Shown here: positions 63,760-64,000 of the stretch, piece after piece
Layout: every line of letters starts with the position of its first letter
Numbering within the stretch: the first letter of the stretch is position 1
Source: Mobula hypostoma
Lineage: Eukaryota
Direction: 5' to 3'
Length of the DNA: 64,000 bases
Assembly: GCF_963921235.1 (NCBI RefSeq)
Contig: NC_086118.1
Location: 25,112,001 to 25,176,000 of the forward strand
Made by a program: the position numbers and the translations under genes
The notes under the pieces: generated by a model
Database searches by the model: none
Seen by the model: the letters and a program-made list of their open reading frames with translations, nothing else
What the model was told of the DNA's origin: nothing

Positions 63760-64000
63760 AGTGGGACAGCTAATAGAGTTATAGCCTTACAAATCCAGCA
63801 ATGCTGGTTTACTCCTGACCTCCACTGTTGCCTGTGTGGAATTTGCACAGTCACTGTGATCATGTAGCTTTCCTCTGTGTGTTCCAGTTTTCACTCCTAT
63901 CCCAGAGAAGTGAGGGTTGGTAGGTTAATTTGCCTCAGTAAATTGCCCCAAGTGTGTACATTTGAGGTAAAATCTGAGATTTTTTCTTTGGGAGAATAAA
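63760..64000 (+). mobile_element. V-SINE-like element, runs off the window end
   Basis: gtgtggaatttgcac...gttccagttttcactcc...ggtaggttaatt...gtaaattgcccc. Confidence 0.7.

Overview
Eukaryotic, vertebrate genomic DNA with no prokaryotic genes or CRISPR arrays. The repeat set (CR1, Rex1/Babar, V-SINE, Penelope) suggests a cartilaginous fish, probably a ray (inference). The whole window lies inside one + strand gene, ARHGAP44 (RICH2; BAR plus RhoGAP). Ten internal coding exons (3543-60964) have GT-AG boundaries and compatible phases and splice into one open frame covering the C-terminal part of the BAR domain and most of the RhoGAP domain. The gene start and end lie outside the window. The introns, including one of 31.6 kb, hold a near-full-length CR1 with an esterase ORF1, a young Rex1 nested with a solo LTR inside an older Rex1, a second inverted copy of that LTR, an L1 3' end, a Hero-like REL element, RTE and Penelope fragments, a hAT MITE, SINEs and a 50-bp minisatellite. 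I cannot demonstrate a new multi-gene system. The best leads are RNA-level: an inverted LTR pair bracketing five exons, a 70-nt fold-back hairpin, hammerhead-ribozyme remnants, and possibly horizontally acquired LINEs. Repeat family names and human comparisons come from recalled motifs, not database searches. Boundaries of old repeats are approximate.
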